Positions 47,988-57,942 of a stretch of 64,000 nt of DNA are shown here, piece by piece. Position 1 is the stretch's first letter; the number at the start of each line of letters is the position of its first letter. Below the pieces are notes generated by a model. It saw nothing but the letters and a program-made list of their open reading frames with translations. It had not been told where the DNA came from and made no database searches. Source of the DNA: Spirochaetota bacterium (lineage in GTDB: Bacteria > Spirochaetota > UBA4802 > UBA5550); assembly GCA_963664815.2 (NCBI GenBank), contig CAXXHB010000003.1, positions 3,488,001-3,552,000 of the forward strand, written 5' to 3'. Made by a program: the position numbers and the translations under genes.

Positions 47988-48409
47988 ATAGCCTCCTTTT
48001 TATCATTTTCTGAGGTTTCCTTACCGCATACTGCACCTGAAATGAGTTTTCTTTTTCTCATCATCCCACCGCAGCTCCCTTTTTCGGGAAGAACAGATTG
48101 CAGAGTATTGTTAAGGTACGATTTAATTACCTCGTCAACCGGGCCGCTGATCCATGGAATATGCTTTATACCTGTTTCGCTGATAATGTAGGATAGATAC
48201 CTGCTCACCGCACCGCTGATAATTACAGCGACACCTATCTCTTTCAGTTTCTGAATCCTCATTCTATCAGAATCTGCATTCAGATTGATCACAATTCTCT
48301 GTGTGACCGCATTACCCTTAACCTCAAAGAGTACAAACCTCTCCGATACATCAAGCAGAGGGGATATACGTTCTTCAAATACCGGTATTGCAATAAGTTT
48401 ACTTTTCAT
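47984..48409 (-). CDS. NifB/NifX family protein (Orp7-like)
   Basis: IAIPVFEERISPLLD, IISGAVS, IPWISG; basic, Cys-containing tail. Confidence 0.85.
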   Translation of the reverse strand: MKSKLIAIPVFEERISPLLDVSERFVLFEVKGNAVTQRIVINLNADSDRMRIQKLKEIGVAVIISGAVSRYLSYIISETGIKHIPWISGPVDEVIKSYLNNTLQSVLPEKGSCGGMMRKRKLISGAVCGKETSENDKKEAI

Positions 48410-48421
48410 ACAATACTAATA

Positions 48422-48437
48422 AGCACATTCCGTGCCA
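48422..48437 (-). promoter_or_regulatory. sigma54 promoter of the orp-like operon
   Basis: Minus strand TGGCACGGAATGTGCT (GG-N10-GC). Confidence 0.85.
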
Positions 48438-48595
48438 TAAGTTGAATCTTCTATAAGTTATAAACTTTAACTCTTCTTTTATACAAATAAATAAACAATT
48501 TAAGAGATATGACATTTTTTAGAGATATTAGAGAGCAGGCGACAGGTATAAATATAACTTAATAATTTGTTATAGATTTTAAATCATCAATAGTC

Positions 48596-48642
48596 ATTGC
48601 ATAGTGCAATTAAAATCAGTTGTTTTCATTGCACTATGCAAT
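48596..48642. promoter_or_regulatory. Tandem enhancer (UAS) palindromes ATTGCA-N3-TGCAAT
   Basis: ATTGCATAGTGCAAT (48596) and ATTGCACTATGCAAT (48628), 32 bp apart. Confidence 0.8.
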
Positions 48643-48675
48643 TGTTCACGACTGATTTTCATTATTATAAACTCC

Positions 48676-49542
48676 TCATTCTTTGTTTAATAAATTAATC
48701 CGTGCTATTTTATCCCCAAGCCTGACATTTTTTCCTGTTTCCAGATTTTCAAATTGAATCGAGTCTTTCTGAAAAACCAGTATTACGGTTGATCCCATAT
48801 GAAAGACTCCAAGCTCACTTCCCTTTTCAACGGCCGGTATATTTTTTTCAGGATATATAAATCCGCATTTTCTTTTAAACACCCCAGCGTGCAGATTATC
48901 ATAGCTTAATTGTATATTCCCTACATTCATTGCCCCTATTTTGCATACCGCCATAAGGCCGCAATCAGTGACAAAGTAAGTTATCAATTTTTCGTTTCTG
49001 CAATATACTTTATTTATTCGATTAGCAACATACGGCCTGACGGAATATTTCCTTCCGGGATAATAGGAATAGCCTGCCACACGCCCCTTTACTGGAAAAT
49101 GTATTCTGTGATAATCTGCCGGTGAAAGATATAACGTAATGTAATAACCATCGATAAAATATCTGTTCATGCTGTCATCAGGTATCAGTTCACTCAACAG
49201 GTAATAAAATCCTTTCGACTGGATCATCGTGCAGGCGGTTATTTTTCCAAATTGATCTATTCTCCCGTCAACAGGTGAAATTATGCTGTTTTTATTTTTA
49301 TCAATTTTGTGTATCCCCGGTCTAATACTTCTTGTAAAAAAATCCTCAAAACTCCTGAATCCGCCCTGCGGAACAAGAATTTCACCGGTATCGACTTTAT
49401 AACGTCTGCAATAATAATCAATTACAGAATCAAGGATCAGTCGTTGCACCTTCAGTCTGGAAAAATAGCCGGTTAATCGGGAAATCAGTTTAACCGGTAT
49501 CATCATATAAATAAATCCGATAATATAATATGTTCTTTCCAT
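48676..49542 (-). CDS. psd: Phosphatidylserine decarboxylase proenzyme
   Basis: FFTR, SPVDG, YLSPADYHRIH, GA-x-NVG, cleavage motif FHMGSTV. Confidence 0.93.
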   Translation of the reverse strand: MERTYYIIGFIYMMIPVKLISRLTGYFSRLKVQRLILDSVIDYYCRRYKVDTGEILVPQGGFRSFEDFFTRSIRPGIHKIDKNKNSIISPVDGRIDQFGKITACTMIQSKGFYYLLSELIPDDSMNRYFIDGYYITLYLSPADYHRIHFPVKGRVAGYSYYPGRKYSVRPYVANRINKVYCRNEKLITYFVTDCGLMAVCKIGAMNVGNIQLSYDNLHAGVFKRKCGFIYPEKNIPAVEKGSELGVFHMGSTVILVFQKDSIQFENLETGKNVRLGDKIARINLLNKE

Positions 49543-49554
49543 TTTTTTAATATT

Positions 49555-50061
49555 TTATTCCCTGTTCAGCTTTCTAATTTTTTTTAGTTCTGACCTGAAC
49601 TCATCCCTGATATATTTTTCTATTCTGTCTATAAAGAGTATTCCGTCAAGATGGTCAATCTCATGCTGAAGAACCCGGGCCATAAGGCCCGATGAGTCTA
49701 ACCGGATATCTTTTCCATCTGGCGTTATCCCCTTTACGTAGACTTCAGCAGGTCTTATAACATCCGTAAAAATTTTCGGCACGGAAAGACAGCCCTCTTC
49801 ATAAGGCTCGAATTTATTTGACAAACTGAGAATCTCCGGATTAAGAAGAACAATCCGGCCGCTTTCACCTTCCCCTGTATCTACCATAATAATTCTTTTC
49901 CCGACATCAACCTGCGGTGCCGCAAGTCCTAGGCCTCTCTCTTTAACCATAATATCAGACATCTCATTAATAAGCGCAATGATGCCGTCGTCAATATTTT
50001 CAACTCTTTCAGCAACCGAGGCAAGGGTTGTATTTCCATAATATACAAGACTGTGAGCCAT
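49555..50061 (-). CDS. def: Peptide deformylase
   Basis: GLGLAAPQV, EGCLS, QHEIDHLDG. Confidence 0.96.
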   Translation of the reverse strand: MAHSLVYYGNTTLASVAERVENIDDGIIALINEMSDIMVKERGLGLAAPQVDVGKRIIMVDTGEGESGRIVLLNPEILSLSNKFEPYEEGCLSVPKIFTDVIRPAEVYVKGITPDGKDIRLDSSGLMARVLQHEIDHLDGILFIDRIEKYIRDEFRSELKKIRKLNRE

Positions 50062-50069
50062 ACTAATCC

Positions 50070-51266
50070 CTATCTGTATCCGTAGTTATCAACAACAAAA
50101 TCTATATCCTTATCGCCCCGTCCGGAAAGGTTCACCAGTATCGACCTCCTTGGGTTTTCTTTCGCGTATTTCATTGAGTACGCAACAGCGTGAGCGCTTT
50201 CAAGTGCAGGGATAATTCCCTCCACTTTTGAAAGGATATAGAATGCATCGAGGCATTCATCGTCAGACGCAGTAGTATATTCTACCCGATGGTTATCTTT
50301 CAGCATGCAGTGTTCCGGTCCAGATCCGGGATAGTCAAGTCCGCTTGCAATGGAATAAACAGGTGACGGCTCACCCTTGTCATCCTGTAAAAGATAGCTG
50401 CGGAAACCGTGCAGAACACCTGGTTTTCCGTACGAAAGACTCGCGGCGTGATCACCTATTTTAAGTGAACGTCCGGATGGTTCAACTCCTACAATTCGTA
50501 CACCTTCATCATTGATGAAAGCCGAAAACAGTCCCATCGCATTTGAGCCGCCGCCTACACATGCAGTGATAGTATCAGGGAGTTCACCAGTCATTTCGAG
50601 GAATTGCTCGCGGGCTTCAACCCCGACAACGTGCTGAAAATCGCGAACCATCATCGGGAATGGATGAGGGCCTACAACTGAGCCGATACAGTACATGGCG
50701 GTTTCCGGATCTTTAAGATACGCGTCAAAAGCAGAATCAACTGCTTCTTTGAGTGTCTTAAGCCCGTGAGAGACAGGGACAAGCGTTGCGCCGAGCAGTT
50801 TCATGCGCACTACATTCGGATGCTCCTTGACAATATCAACTTCACCCATATGTATCTCACATTCAAGCCCGAAATAAGCCGCGGCTGTTGCCAGCGCTAC
50901 ACCGTGCTGTCCTGCTCCGGTTTCGGCTATTACCTTTTTCTTGCCCATATATTTTGCCAGAAGAGCTTCACCCATACAGTGATTAAGCTTATGCGCTCCT
51001 GTATGGTTAAGGTCCTCCCGCTTCATATAGATCCTTCCGCCTATCTTATTCGAAAGGTTCCTGCAGAAATATGTTGGAGTAGGCCTCCCCTGAAAATGCT
51101 TGCGGATATTTCTAAGTTCCGAAATAAAATCGTGTGACTTGCTTATAGAGTAATAGGCATCGGTTATTTTATCCATTTCAGCTTGAAGTTCCGGCGGTAT
51201 GTATGAACCGCCGTATTCGCCAAAATAACCCTTTGAATCCGGTACTGTTTTCATGTAATCGCTCAT
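50070..51266 (-). CDS. trpB: Tryptophan synthase beta chain (no trpA adjacent)
   Basis: [44 protein letters not shown]. Confidence 0.96.
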   Translation of the reverse strand: MSDYMKTVPDSKGYFGEYGGSYIPPELQAEMDKITDAYYSISKSHDFISELRNIRKHFQGRPTPTYFCRNLSNKIGGRIYMKREDLNHTGAHKLNHCMGEALLAKYMGKKKVIAETGAGQHGVALATAAAYFGLECEIHMGEVDIVKEHPNVVRMKLLGATLVPVSHGLKTLKEAVDSAFDAYLKDPETAMYCIGSVVGPHPFPMMVRDFQHVVGVEAREQFLEMTGELPDTITACVGGGSNAMGLFSAFINDEGVRIVGVEPSGRSLKIGDHAASLSYGKPGVLHGFRSYLLQDDKGEPSPVYSIASGLDYPGSGPEHCMLKDNHRVEYTTASDDECLDAFYILSKVEGIIPALESAHAVAYSMKYAKENPRRSILVNLSGRGDKDIDFVVDNYGYR

Positions 51267-51358
51267 AACAAAAACCCCTGTTTTTTTATTTTATAGTTTA
51301 CTGTAATATCACGGCTTCCGCTTATTTCTTCATGCAACTTTAAAGTCCGGCTGAAGTA

Positions 51359-51658
51359 TTATTGTTTACCATCCATACTCACCCGGCCGCCTTCAATGCG
51401 TATTACTTTCAGATTAACTATCGCATCCGCAATTTTCAGATGAGCCGATTCAATTATCCTGCCGAAGGTCTGCCTCGATATTCCCATACTGCATGCTGCC
51501 TCTTCCTGATACATTCCTTCAAGGTCGGCAAGCCTTATCGCCTCATATTCATCCATTGTTATAACAAGTTCTTTAAATCCATCTGATGAAACACCATCAG
51601 GTGTAAAATATCTTGATTCAGGAGAACCGCATATTTTTCTGCATTGCTTAGGTCTCAA
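51359..51658 (-). CDS. DUF134 HTH DNA-binding protein
   Basis: RP-x-x-CR, DEYEAIRLAD, QEEAA-x-x-MGISRQTF...IEGG. Confidence 0.92.
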   Translation of the reverse strand: MRPKQCRKICGSPESRYFTPDGVSSDGFKELVITMDEYEAIRLADLEGMYQEEAACSMGISRQTFGRIIESAHLKIADAIVNLKVIRIEGGRVSMDGKQ

Positions 51659-51813
51659 AAGGATAAATTCTCCTTGCGTCTATGTTGAAAAGATCCTCTC
51701 ATTTAATTCTGCTTCTTGTCTCTTTACGGCTTAATAACCGGCATCTTATTGTAATATGATTATTATACTTAAAATCATAAATAAGCTGTTTAATTCCACT
51801 AGACAGTTATTAT

Positions 51814-52191
51814 TTATACAAGCTGCTTCGCACTTGAAAAGACCTCCTCCACAGACAATGCTGCAGCTGCATGACCAAGATGTTTTTTAGAATTCCATTT
51901 TTTCATATCATCAAAAATTTCACCGCTGGTTAACAACTGGATAGAACCCTTTACCTAGTATGATTTGCCCTCTTTTGTAATGAAAAGAATAACAGCTTTA
52001 CTTCCCTCAAGAATATTTTTCCTGGTTTTATCAAAGTAGTTATCCGCTACAACCAGTGTACTTTCATCATATCTATTTACGCATGTTGCATAAATAGAAT
52101 TCGGTTTTCCAGTTTTATCAACAGTTGTAAGAATAACCGGACCTGACTTCTCTTCCCATGCCTTAATTACTTCTTCTGGTAATACTGCCAT
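51814..52191 (-). pseudogene. Pyridoxamine 5'-phosphate oxidase-like FMN-binding protein interrupted by one amber codon
   Basis: ADNYFDKTRKNI...SY(TAG)VKGSI...FDDMKKWN...HLGHAA...VEEVFS; frame continues 46 codons past TAG 51957-51955 to TAA 51816-51814. Confidence 0.8.
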
Positions 52192-52241
52192 AACATCTCC
52201 TTAAAAATATATATTTTGTTTCCATCAGCAATTAACATAAC

Positions 52242-52274
52242 GCGGGCTTTTACGGGGCTGTCGCCCCGCACTCC
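52242..52274. repeat. REP-like hairpin (second copy of 27884-27917)
   Basis: GCGGGCTTTTACGGGGCTGTCGCCCCGCACTCC. Confidence 0.6.
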
Positions 52275-52342
52275 GACTTATGAGTATTTATAAATTAACA
52301 TCCCGTCATCTTATTTACAGCATAAATTGGAGACTAATTTTT

Positions 52343-52537
52343 CTAAAATGAATCAGCCTTGTTCCAGCCTTCCTGCGGCATTGAATGGAAACATGACGGT
52401 TTTGGATTTATCCATTTCCCTTCAGAAATAATCTCCCATTTAGTATAAAAGTCTATAGGTGAAGCTGTTTTGTCTATACGGTAACCCTCGGTGTGGAAAC
52501 CTTTTATAATATCCGAAGCATTAAATATTTTATTCAT
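52343..52537 (-). CDS. Small hypothetical protein (64 aa)
   Basis: RBS GGAG before MNKIF; Trp/Pro-rich sequence. Confidence 0.6.
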   Translation of the reverse strand: MNKIFNASDIIKGFHTEGYRIDKTASPIDFYTKWEIISEGKWINPKPSCFHSMPQEGWNKADSF

Positions 52538-52594
52538 TTTCTTCTCCACAGCTAAATTTATGAGCATATAACTTCACTATATAAAAATTCTTAA

Positions 52595-53023
52595 TTAACG
52601 GTTTTTCCCTTTCCCTGAACCTGCCCATAGAGGTACACCGTTGTCGTTTCTTAACCGCACTGTGATATCACCCTTGATTATTGTCTTCGCGATAATAACA
52701 TATTCACCATTCACCAGGACTTTTGAACCTGTTGCTGTTATGTTGTCACCCGCTGTAAGAGTTACTTTTTCTTTAATAAACCAGCCCGGACCGATATGTA
52801 CACCAATAACGTCCATTTCTGTTTTAACTTTGATATGTATCCCCCATGTATTAACTGTTGAAATATCAGTCACTGTTCCACTTATGGTTTCAACAGTTGC
52901 CGGATCATAATTTCTCTTCCCGGCATTCTGCCTCATACTCCCCTGCTGCGCCTGCAAAGACACTGCCGCCATTAAAACTACCAGTATCAGAGAAATGTTC
53001 ATTCTTCTTCTTTTATAATTCAT
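52595..53023 (-). CDS. Secreted OB-fold protein (MamS/MamX-like domain)
   Basis: Signal peptide; YDPATVETISGTV, VHIGP-x-W, GD-x-I-x-x-TGS, LR-x-x-x-G-x-PLW. Confidence 0.7.
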   Translation of the reverse strand: MNYKRRRMNISLILVVLMAAVSLQAQQGSMRQNAGKRNYDPATVETISGTVTDISTVNTWGIHIKVKTEMDVIGVHIGPGWFIKEKVTLTAGDNITATGSKVLVNGEYVIIAKTIIKGDITVRLRNDNGVPLWAGSGKGKNR

Positions 53024-53192
53024 GAAAAACCTCCGTTAATTTTTAAAATACTATCTTTCTTCTAAATAGAGATTAAAACATAATTGCTATATAAAAATGA
53101 TAGCATATGTCAGTGACAGAAACTTGGATAAAGTTATGTGATATTAAAGAATTTCAACCTCTGCCGTCATGTTACCTGCCGTATTCGTTTTA

Positions 53193-54893
53193 CTATTTCT
53201 CTCTCGGGAAAGGCCATGCGGCTACTCCCCCTTCCATAACCTTTACATTTATCCAGCCTCTCCCCTCAAGAACCCTTGCCGCTTCATATCCTCGAAGTGA
53301 AATTTTGCAGTAGCAGATAATTTCAGCATTTTTATCTTCGGGAAGTTCATTAAGCCTTGCACGTAATGCTCCAAGAGGCATAAGACGCTCTCCGATACCA
53401 AGACGCATCTGTTCAAACTCGTCAGGTCCGCGATTGTCCAGTATAAACGGTTTTTCTCCGGAATCGATCTTTTTCTTAACATCCGCGCATGAAATCCCTT
53501 TCATTCGCCCCTTAAGTTTATTCTGCATAATGTGAGCAGCTGCGATTGAGTGATCAATAGCAAGTGAAAATGGCGGTGCATAGGGAAGATCGGCATTCAG
53601 CATTTTATCAACTGTAAAACCCGCACTGATAGCCATTGCCCAGATTGCAAGCTGTTTGCTGACATCTCCAGGACCCACAACCTGAGCCCCGATGATTTTG
53701 CCGTTTGTTCTGTTCACAACCAGCTTGGTTACAAGAAGCAGCCCCTCCATAAATCCCGGTTTATCGGGACTGGCATTTATTACTGTTTCAATATCGTTAA
53801 AGCCCGCAGCCCTGGCAGACTTCTCTGACAACCCCGTTGAGCCTGCGGCAAAATCAAAAACTTTACAGACCCCTGTCTGGATGGTTCCTGGAAAAATTGC
53901 ACTATTCCCTGTCGCGGCATTCTCTCCCGCAACACGCCCCTGAAGATTGGCAAGGTCACCATAGGGAGCATGAATTTTTTTACCTGATATAAGATTCAGA
54001 GATTCAACACAGTCGCCCGCTGCATAAATATCGGGATCTGAAGTCTGCATGTATTCATTCACAAAAATTCCGCCGGTTAAACCTATTTCAAGTCCTGCGT
54101 CTTTTGCAAGTTTAACATTAGGATTAACACCAACAGCGACAACTGCGAGTTCACAGGAGAGCTCTGTTCCGTTCTTGAGTTTAACGCCGGTAAGTTTACC
54201 GTTTTCACCAAGGAACTCTGCAACACCGTTCTCGGTAATTATATTAGTCCTCTTACTTCTGACATGATTTTCAACAAGTTTAGCCATCTCCCAGTCAAGA
54301 AAAGTGAGTAACTGAGGAAGCATCTCTACAACAGTGATCTCAATTCCCGCGAGCTGGAGAGCCTCGCATGTCTCAATACCTATAAGTCCCCCGCCTATTA
54401 CAACGGCTTTGCTGATTTTTTTATCATCACGTATTTTACGGAGATAATCAGCATCCTGCATCGACTGGAGTGTAGTGATACCGTCAAGATCTGCACCCGG
54501 TACAGGTATTTTTTTTGGCACAGAACCAACTGTTATTATAAGCTTATCATAAGGAAGTATTTCTTCAACTCCGGTTTTAAGATTTTTTACCGTAAGATTT
54601 TTTGATTTCCTGTCAATTTTAACGGCTTCAGTTTCTGTCTTTGCCACAATACCCTTGGCATTAAGAAAAAACTTCGGATCGCGTACAACACCGGCCGGTG
54701 TGCATAGCAGCATATTCCGGTCATCAAAAAAACCACCGACATAGTAGGGATAGCCGCACGATGCCATGGAAAGATCGGGTGATTTCTGAATTATCGTAAT
54801 CTCCGCGTTTTCGTCAAGACGTCGTGCCTTTGCGGCCGACTTCGGACCTGCGGCCGAGCCGCCTATAACTATTATTTTTTTCTTTTCGTTCAT
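53193..54893 (-). CDS. CoA-disulfide/persulfide reductase-like flavoprotein with C-terminal rhodanese domain
   Basis: IGGSAAG, SMASCG (single redox Cys), IGGGLIG, YAAGD, YAPPFS; rhodanese CKISLR. Confidence 0.9.
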   Translation of the reverse strand: MNEKKKIIVIGGSAAGPKSAAKARRLDENAEITIIQKSPDLSMASCGYPYYVGGFFDDRNMLLCTPAGVVRDPKFFLNAKGIVAKTETEAVKIDRKSKNLTVKNLKTGVEEILPYDKLIITVGSVPKKIPVPGADLDGITTLQSMQDADYLRKIRDDKKISKAVVIGGGLIGIETCEALQLAGIEITVVEMLPQLLTFLDWEMAKLVENHVRSKRTNIITENGVAEFLGENGKLTGVKLKNGTELSCELAVVAVGVNPNVKLAKDAGLEIGLTGGIFVNEYMQTSDPDIYAAGDCVESLNLISGKKIHAPYGDLANLQGRVAGENAATGNSAIFPGTIQTGVCKVFDFAAGSTGLSEKSARAAGFNDIETVINASPDKPGFMEGLLLVTKLVVNRTNGKIIGAQVVGPGDVSKQLAIWAMAISAGFTVDKMLNADLPYAPPFSLAIDHSIAAAHIMQNKLKGRMKGISCADVKKKIDSGEKPFILDNRGPDEFEQMRLGIGERLMPLGALRARLNELPEDKNAEIICYCKISLRGYEAARVLEGRGWINVKVMEGGVAAWPFPREK

Positions 54894-54905
54894 TACTTAC
54901 TCCTC

Positions 54906-55874
54906 TTAATATTTTATTATACTGAATTTTCTTAAATAAAATCTGCTACCGTTAAAAACCGTTTCTGAAATTTTATTTTCACGAATAAGCTTTATTATTA
55001 CACCCCAGTCCGCACCTGCTTCTGATAGAAATACTTTCATGCTATCCTCTCTCATGGGATGTACCGAAGTAATACTCAGGATGTCCTCAACAACATCCCC
55101 TGTCCGCGAAAACTCATTCCCTTCATGTCCGGTAATGCACTCAGCCTTAAGTCCTTTTCCTCTGAATATCTGATAAGCCCTGTTAACGGACGATTCATCA
55201 GGTGGAAGAACAAAACTTTCCGCAGGTGGCCTTAACGGAATTGAAATATAACTTAATGCCGGATTTAAAATCTTTAAAAAATCTGCAATACCCGTTATCT
55301 CATATTCAGAAGTATTAAGGTCATCTACAAGCATTGTCTCTGTTGCGAGTATGCCTTTGAAACAATTTGAAAACTCAATCATGCTCTTCTTAATCTTTTG
55401 CAGGTCCAAAGATTTGTGTGGTCTGTTTATTTTTCTCCATATGTCATCTTCGACAGAATCGATTTTTAGAGATACCCAATCCGCCTCCATTAAATCATCA
55501 CGGACACCCTGATCGGTAATTAGAGATGAATTAGTAATAACAGCAACATTTAACCCCGTGCGCTTGAGCAGCCTGATAGTTCTGCCGATATTAAAATCAA
55601 GTACCGGTTCTCCATCGGGAACAAAAGAGAGATAATCAATTCGACCTCCAGCTTTATATATAGCGGAAATTTTATTTTCAACCTGCTCAAGAACAGCATA
55701 AGGATCATAAAACACTTTCCGTGCTGTTCCAATTTTTTTATTCCTCCCCAGCTGACAATAAATGCATGAATAGCTGCAGTATTTCGGCGGGATATTATTT
55801 ATACCGAGGCTTCGCCCGAGACGGCGGGAGGGTACCGGACCGAAAATTATACCTGATAAAATATTGTCACTCAT
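54906..55874 (-). CDS. Radical SAM protein (COG0731/TYW1-like)
   Basis: FGPVPSRRLGRSLG, CSYSCIYCQ, DGEP, TNSS, RPPAE, HPMR. Confidence 0.9.
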   Translation of the reverse strand: MSDNILSGIIFGPVPSRRLGRSLGINNIPPKYCSYSCIYCQLGRNKKIGTARKVFYDPYAVLEQVENKISAIYKAGGRIDYLSFVPDGEPVLDFNIGRTIRLLKRTGLNVAVITNSSLITDQGVRDDLMEADWVSLKIDSVEDDIWRKINRPHKSLDLQKIKKSMIEFSNCFKGILATETMLVDDLNTSEYEITGIADFLKILNPALSYISIPLRPPAESFVLPPDESSVNRAYQIFRGKGLKAECITGHEGNEFSRTGDVVEDILSITSVHPMREDSMKVFLSEAGADWGVIIKLIRENKISETVFNGSRFYLRKFSIIKY

Positions 55875-56397
55875 CTGTATAAATTACCCTTATAAAAAAA
55901 TCAGCGCCGATATTACTGTCGCTGTATCTAAGTACTGTACCGTTTTCCAGATTCCCCGGAAGTGTGACCTTGTACACTTCTCTCTTATCTCCTTTATCAA
56001 CTCCGACATCAATTGTTATTCCGGCAAAAGCCTCGTTCCGGGTTACAGATATATTGTGAACAGGTATATTCATGCCGCCCCGGGCTCTACCCCGGCCGCC
56101 GCAGCCCCTACCTCTGCCGCAGCCCATTCCGCCGCCATGCATCCCTCCGCCTGATGCATACATATCGTTATAATTACTGTGACCTGTCCGATCATATATA
56201 AGCCGTTTTTGAGGATCTCCAAGCACTTCATATGCCCTGCTGATATTTTTAAAATTCTCCTCTGATTCAATATCCCCCTTATTTTTATCAGGATGAAAAC
56301 GGTGAGCCAGCAGCCTGAAAGATTTTTTAATTTCATCAGCAGAGGCATCCCTTGAAACCTCAAGTAGAGTGTAATAATCTGACATTGTACTATGCAT
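55867..56397 (-). CDS. Short DnaJ-domain protein with Gly/Arg-rich linker
   Basis: DYY-x-LL-x-V, HPD motif (FHPDKN), AYEVLGD; GCGRGRGCGGRGR; start at 56397 or 56385. Confidence 0.85.
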   Translation of the reverse strand: MHSTMSDYYTLLEVSRDASADEIKKSFRLLAHRFHPDKNKGDIESEENFKNISRAYEVLGDPQKRLIYDRTGHSNYNDMYASGGGMHGGGMGCGRGRGCGGRGRARGGMNIPVHNISVTRNEAFAGITIDVGVDKGDKREVYKVTLPGNLENGTVLRYSDSNIGADFFIRVIYTDE

Positions 56398-57253
56398 AAA
56401 GTTTAACCCCACAAATCTCCTTATCTGAACTTGCCGGCACATTAACCGATCGGATAACAGTATGTGTCCCCACGGGAAATCCGGTATGATCGGCAATTAT
56501 CCGGCATTTTACCTTAAGGAGAAAGTATATATTCTTCTCCACGTCACAGAGAGTTTCGTAATTTCCCTGTCCTTTTGATATGACAAGATCCGACTCATTA
56601 AAACATTTCAAAAACTCTTCGCTGCACTCCTCGAGAATAGTCCCCGGAGCATCCGAACCGTTTTCTATAACAGTTACAATTTTATCAAGCCCCGCAGTCC
56701 GGGCATCTGCAATAGTAACCCTTTCCGGGCCCAGCAGACCAATCATAAGTCTGTCAAATACAATCTCCCCCGCATTATCAGCTATATATAATATTTTTTC
56801 AGAATTTGCTGCAGCCTGTAGAAATTCACTGACATCACCGGCAAGTACCTCTGAAAAAGAAATATCAATAAGTGTTCGGATTTCTGATCCAGTAATTCCC
56901 GCTGATGCTCCGCTATCAATTACATTACCTGCTATTGAAAGTTTTACAGCATCAAAAAGCGGATCTGGAGAATGCAGTATATCATCCTTAAACGAATCCG
57001 CTATAGAGAGAGCAAGTGTATTATACTCATCTTTAATTTTAATATAAGGGTCATCTATTCCGGTTATTTCACGCAGGTGTCTATGAAACCACTGCGCAAT
57101 AAACGGCGGGGACTGACTGTAATCCGCATCAGCAATGATTTTCGGTATACAGCGCAATACTCTTTCATGAACATCGATGTCAGGTGAAGCAATACGCAAA
57201 GTTTCTATGGCCTGCCTTACAAGACAGGGAATACAGTCGAGACTTGTCTTCAT
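56390..57253 (-). CDS. DUF89/ARMT1-like damage-control phosphatase with apparent internal deletion
   Basis: DCIPC, DPY, AGNVID, DNAGEIVFD, SKGQGNYE, KVKC; the PI-x-NDAT segment is absent. Confidence 0.88.
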   Translation of the reverse strand: MKTSLDCIPCLVRQAIETLRIASPDIDVHERVLRCIPKIIADADYSQSPPFIAQWFHRHLREITGIDDPYIKIKDEYNTLALSIADSFKDDILHSPDPLFDAVKLSIAGNVIDSGASAGITGSEIRTLIDISFSEVLAGDVSEFLQAAANSEKILYIADNAGEIVFDRLMIGLLGPERVTIADARTAGLDKIVTVIENGSDAPGTILEECSEEFLKCFNESDLVISKGQGNYETLCDVEKNIYFLLKVKCRIIADHTGFPVGTHTVIRSVNVPASSDKEICGVKLYA

Positions 57254-57278
57254 ATAAATACCTGTAAATATATTCTAA

Positions 57279-57917
57279 TCAGAAATTACTTCTGCGCATT
57301 GCAGTATAGGTTGTCTGGAACTCATTCTCTATAATTTTAACATCAAAATTAAACTCTTTAAGATAAACCCCTACAATGCTGAAATCACCCGGCATCTGTA
57401 CATGAGTTTTACCATCAAGTTTATGGATCTTTTCAACAGTTTCAAATCCCCTGCGGTTAAAATCTGAAATAACAATCTGGTTAATCGCTATTCTTACCAT
57501 CTCCCTGATCACTTTAAAAGGGAACTCAAGATGGTGGAATGTAAACGAGGAGACAACTGCATCAAAGCTCCTGTCAGGAAAAGCGAGTTTACCGGCATCG
57601 GAAGTGATAAATTCAATTTTATCATAAAGACCGGAATAAGCAGTGTTGAGCATTGCAATGCGTTGTTCACTGCTGTCTATATCTACAGAGACAACTCTGT
57701 TAAAAAACCCGGCCAGCATTGCCGTCAGCTGTCCTTTGCCCGTTCCTACTTCAAGGATTGAGTCGTTATCTGCTGATAGCTGTCGAAAAACCACCCTCCG
57801 CGTCTCAGCCCGTTCCAGCCCGTATTTTTTATAAAGAGCATCTCTTTCCATAAAGTGATTATGAGCAGCAGTAATTTCTTCATTGGAAAATCCGTTTGTA
57901 CCTGTTTTCATATTCAT
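57279..57917 (-). CDS. Class I SAM-dependent methyltransferase
   Basis: ILEVGTGKG, VDID, LAFPDRSFD, FHH. Confidence 0.9.
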   Translation of the reverse strand: MNMKTGTNGFSNEEITAAHNHFMERDALYKKYGLERAETRRVVFRQLSADNDSILEVGTGKGQLTAMLAGFFNRVVSVDIDSSEQRIAMLNTAYSGLYDKIEFITSDAGKLAFPDRSFDAVVSSFTFHHLEFPFKVIREMVRIAINQIVISDFNRRGFETVEKIHKLDGKTHVQMPGDFSIVGVYLKEFNFDVKIIENEFQTTYTAMRRSNF

Positions 57918-57942
57918 AACATTTCAACTTCCTGATTAAAAT

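Noticed and set aside
42432-48409. NifB/NifX genes as evidence of nitrogen fixation
   Set aside because: No nifHDK/nifEN; the context matches orp-type clusters.
52595-53023. MamS/MamX-like domain as evidence of magnetosomes
   Set aside because: This domain is widespread in non-magnetotactic bacteria and no other mam genes are present.
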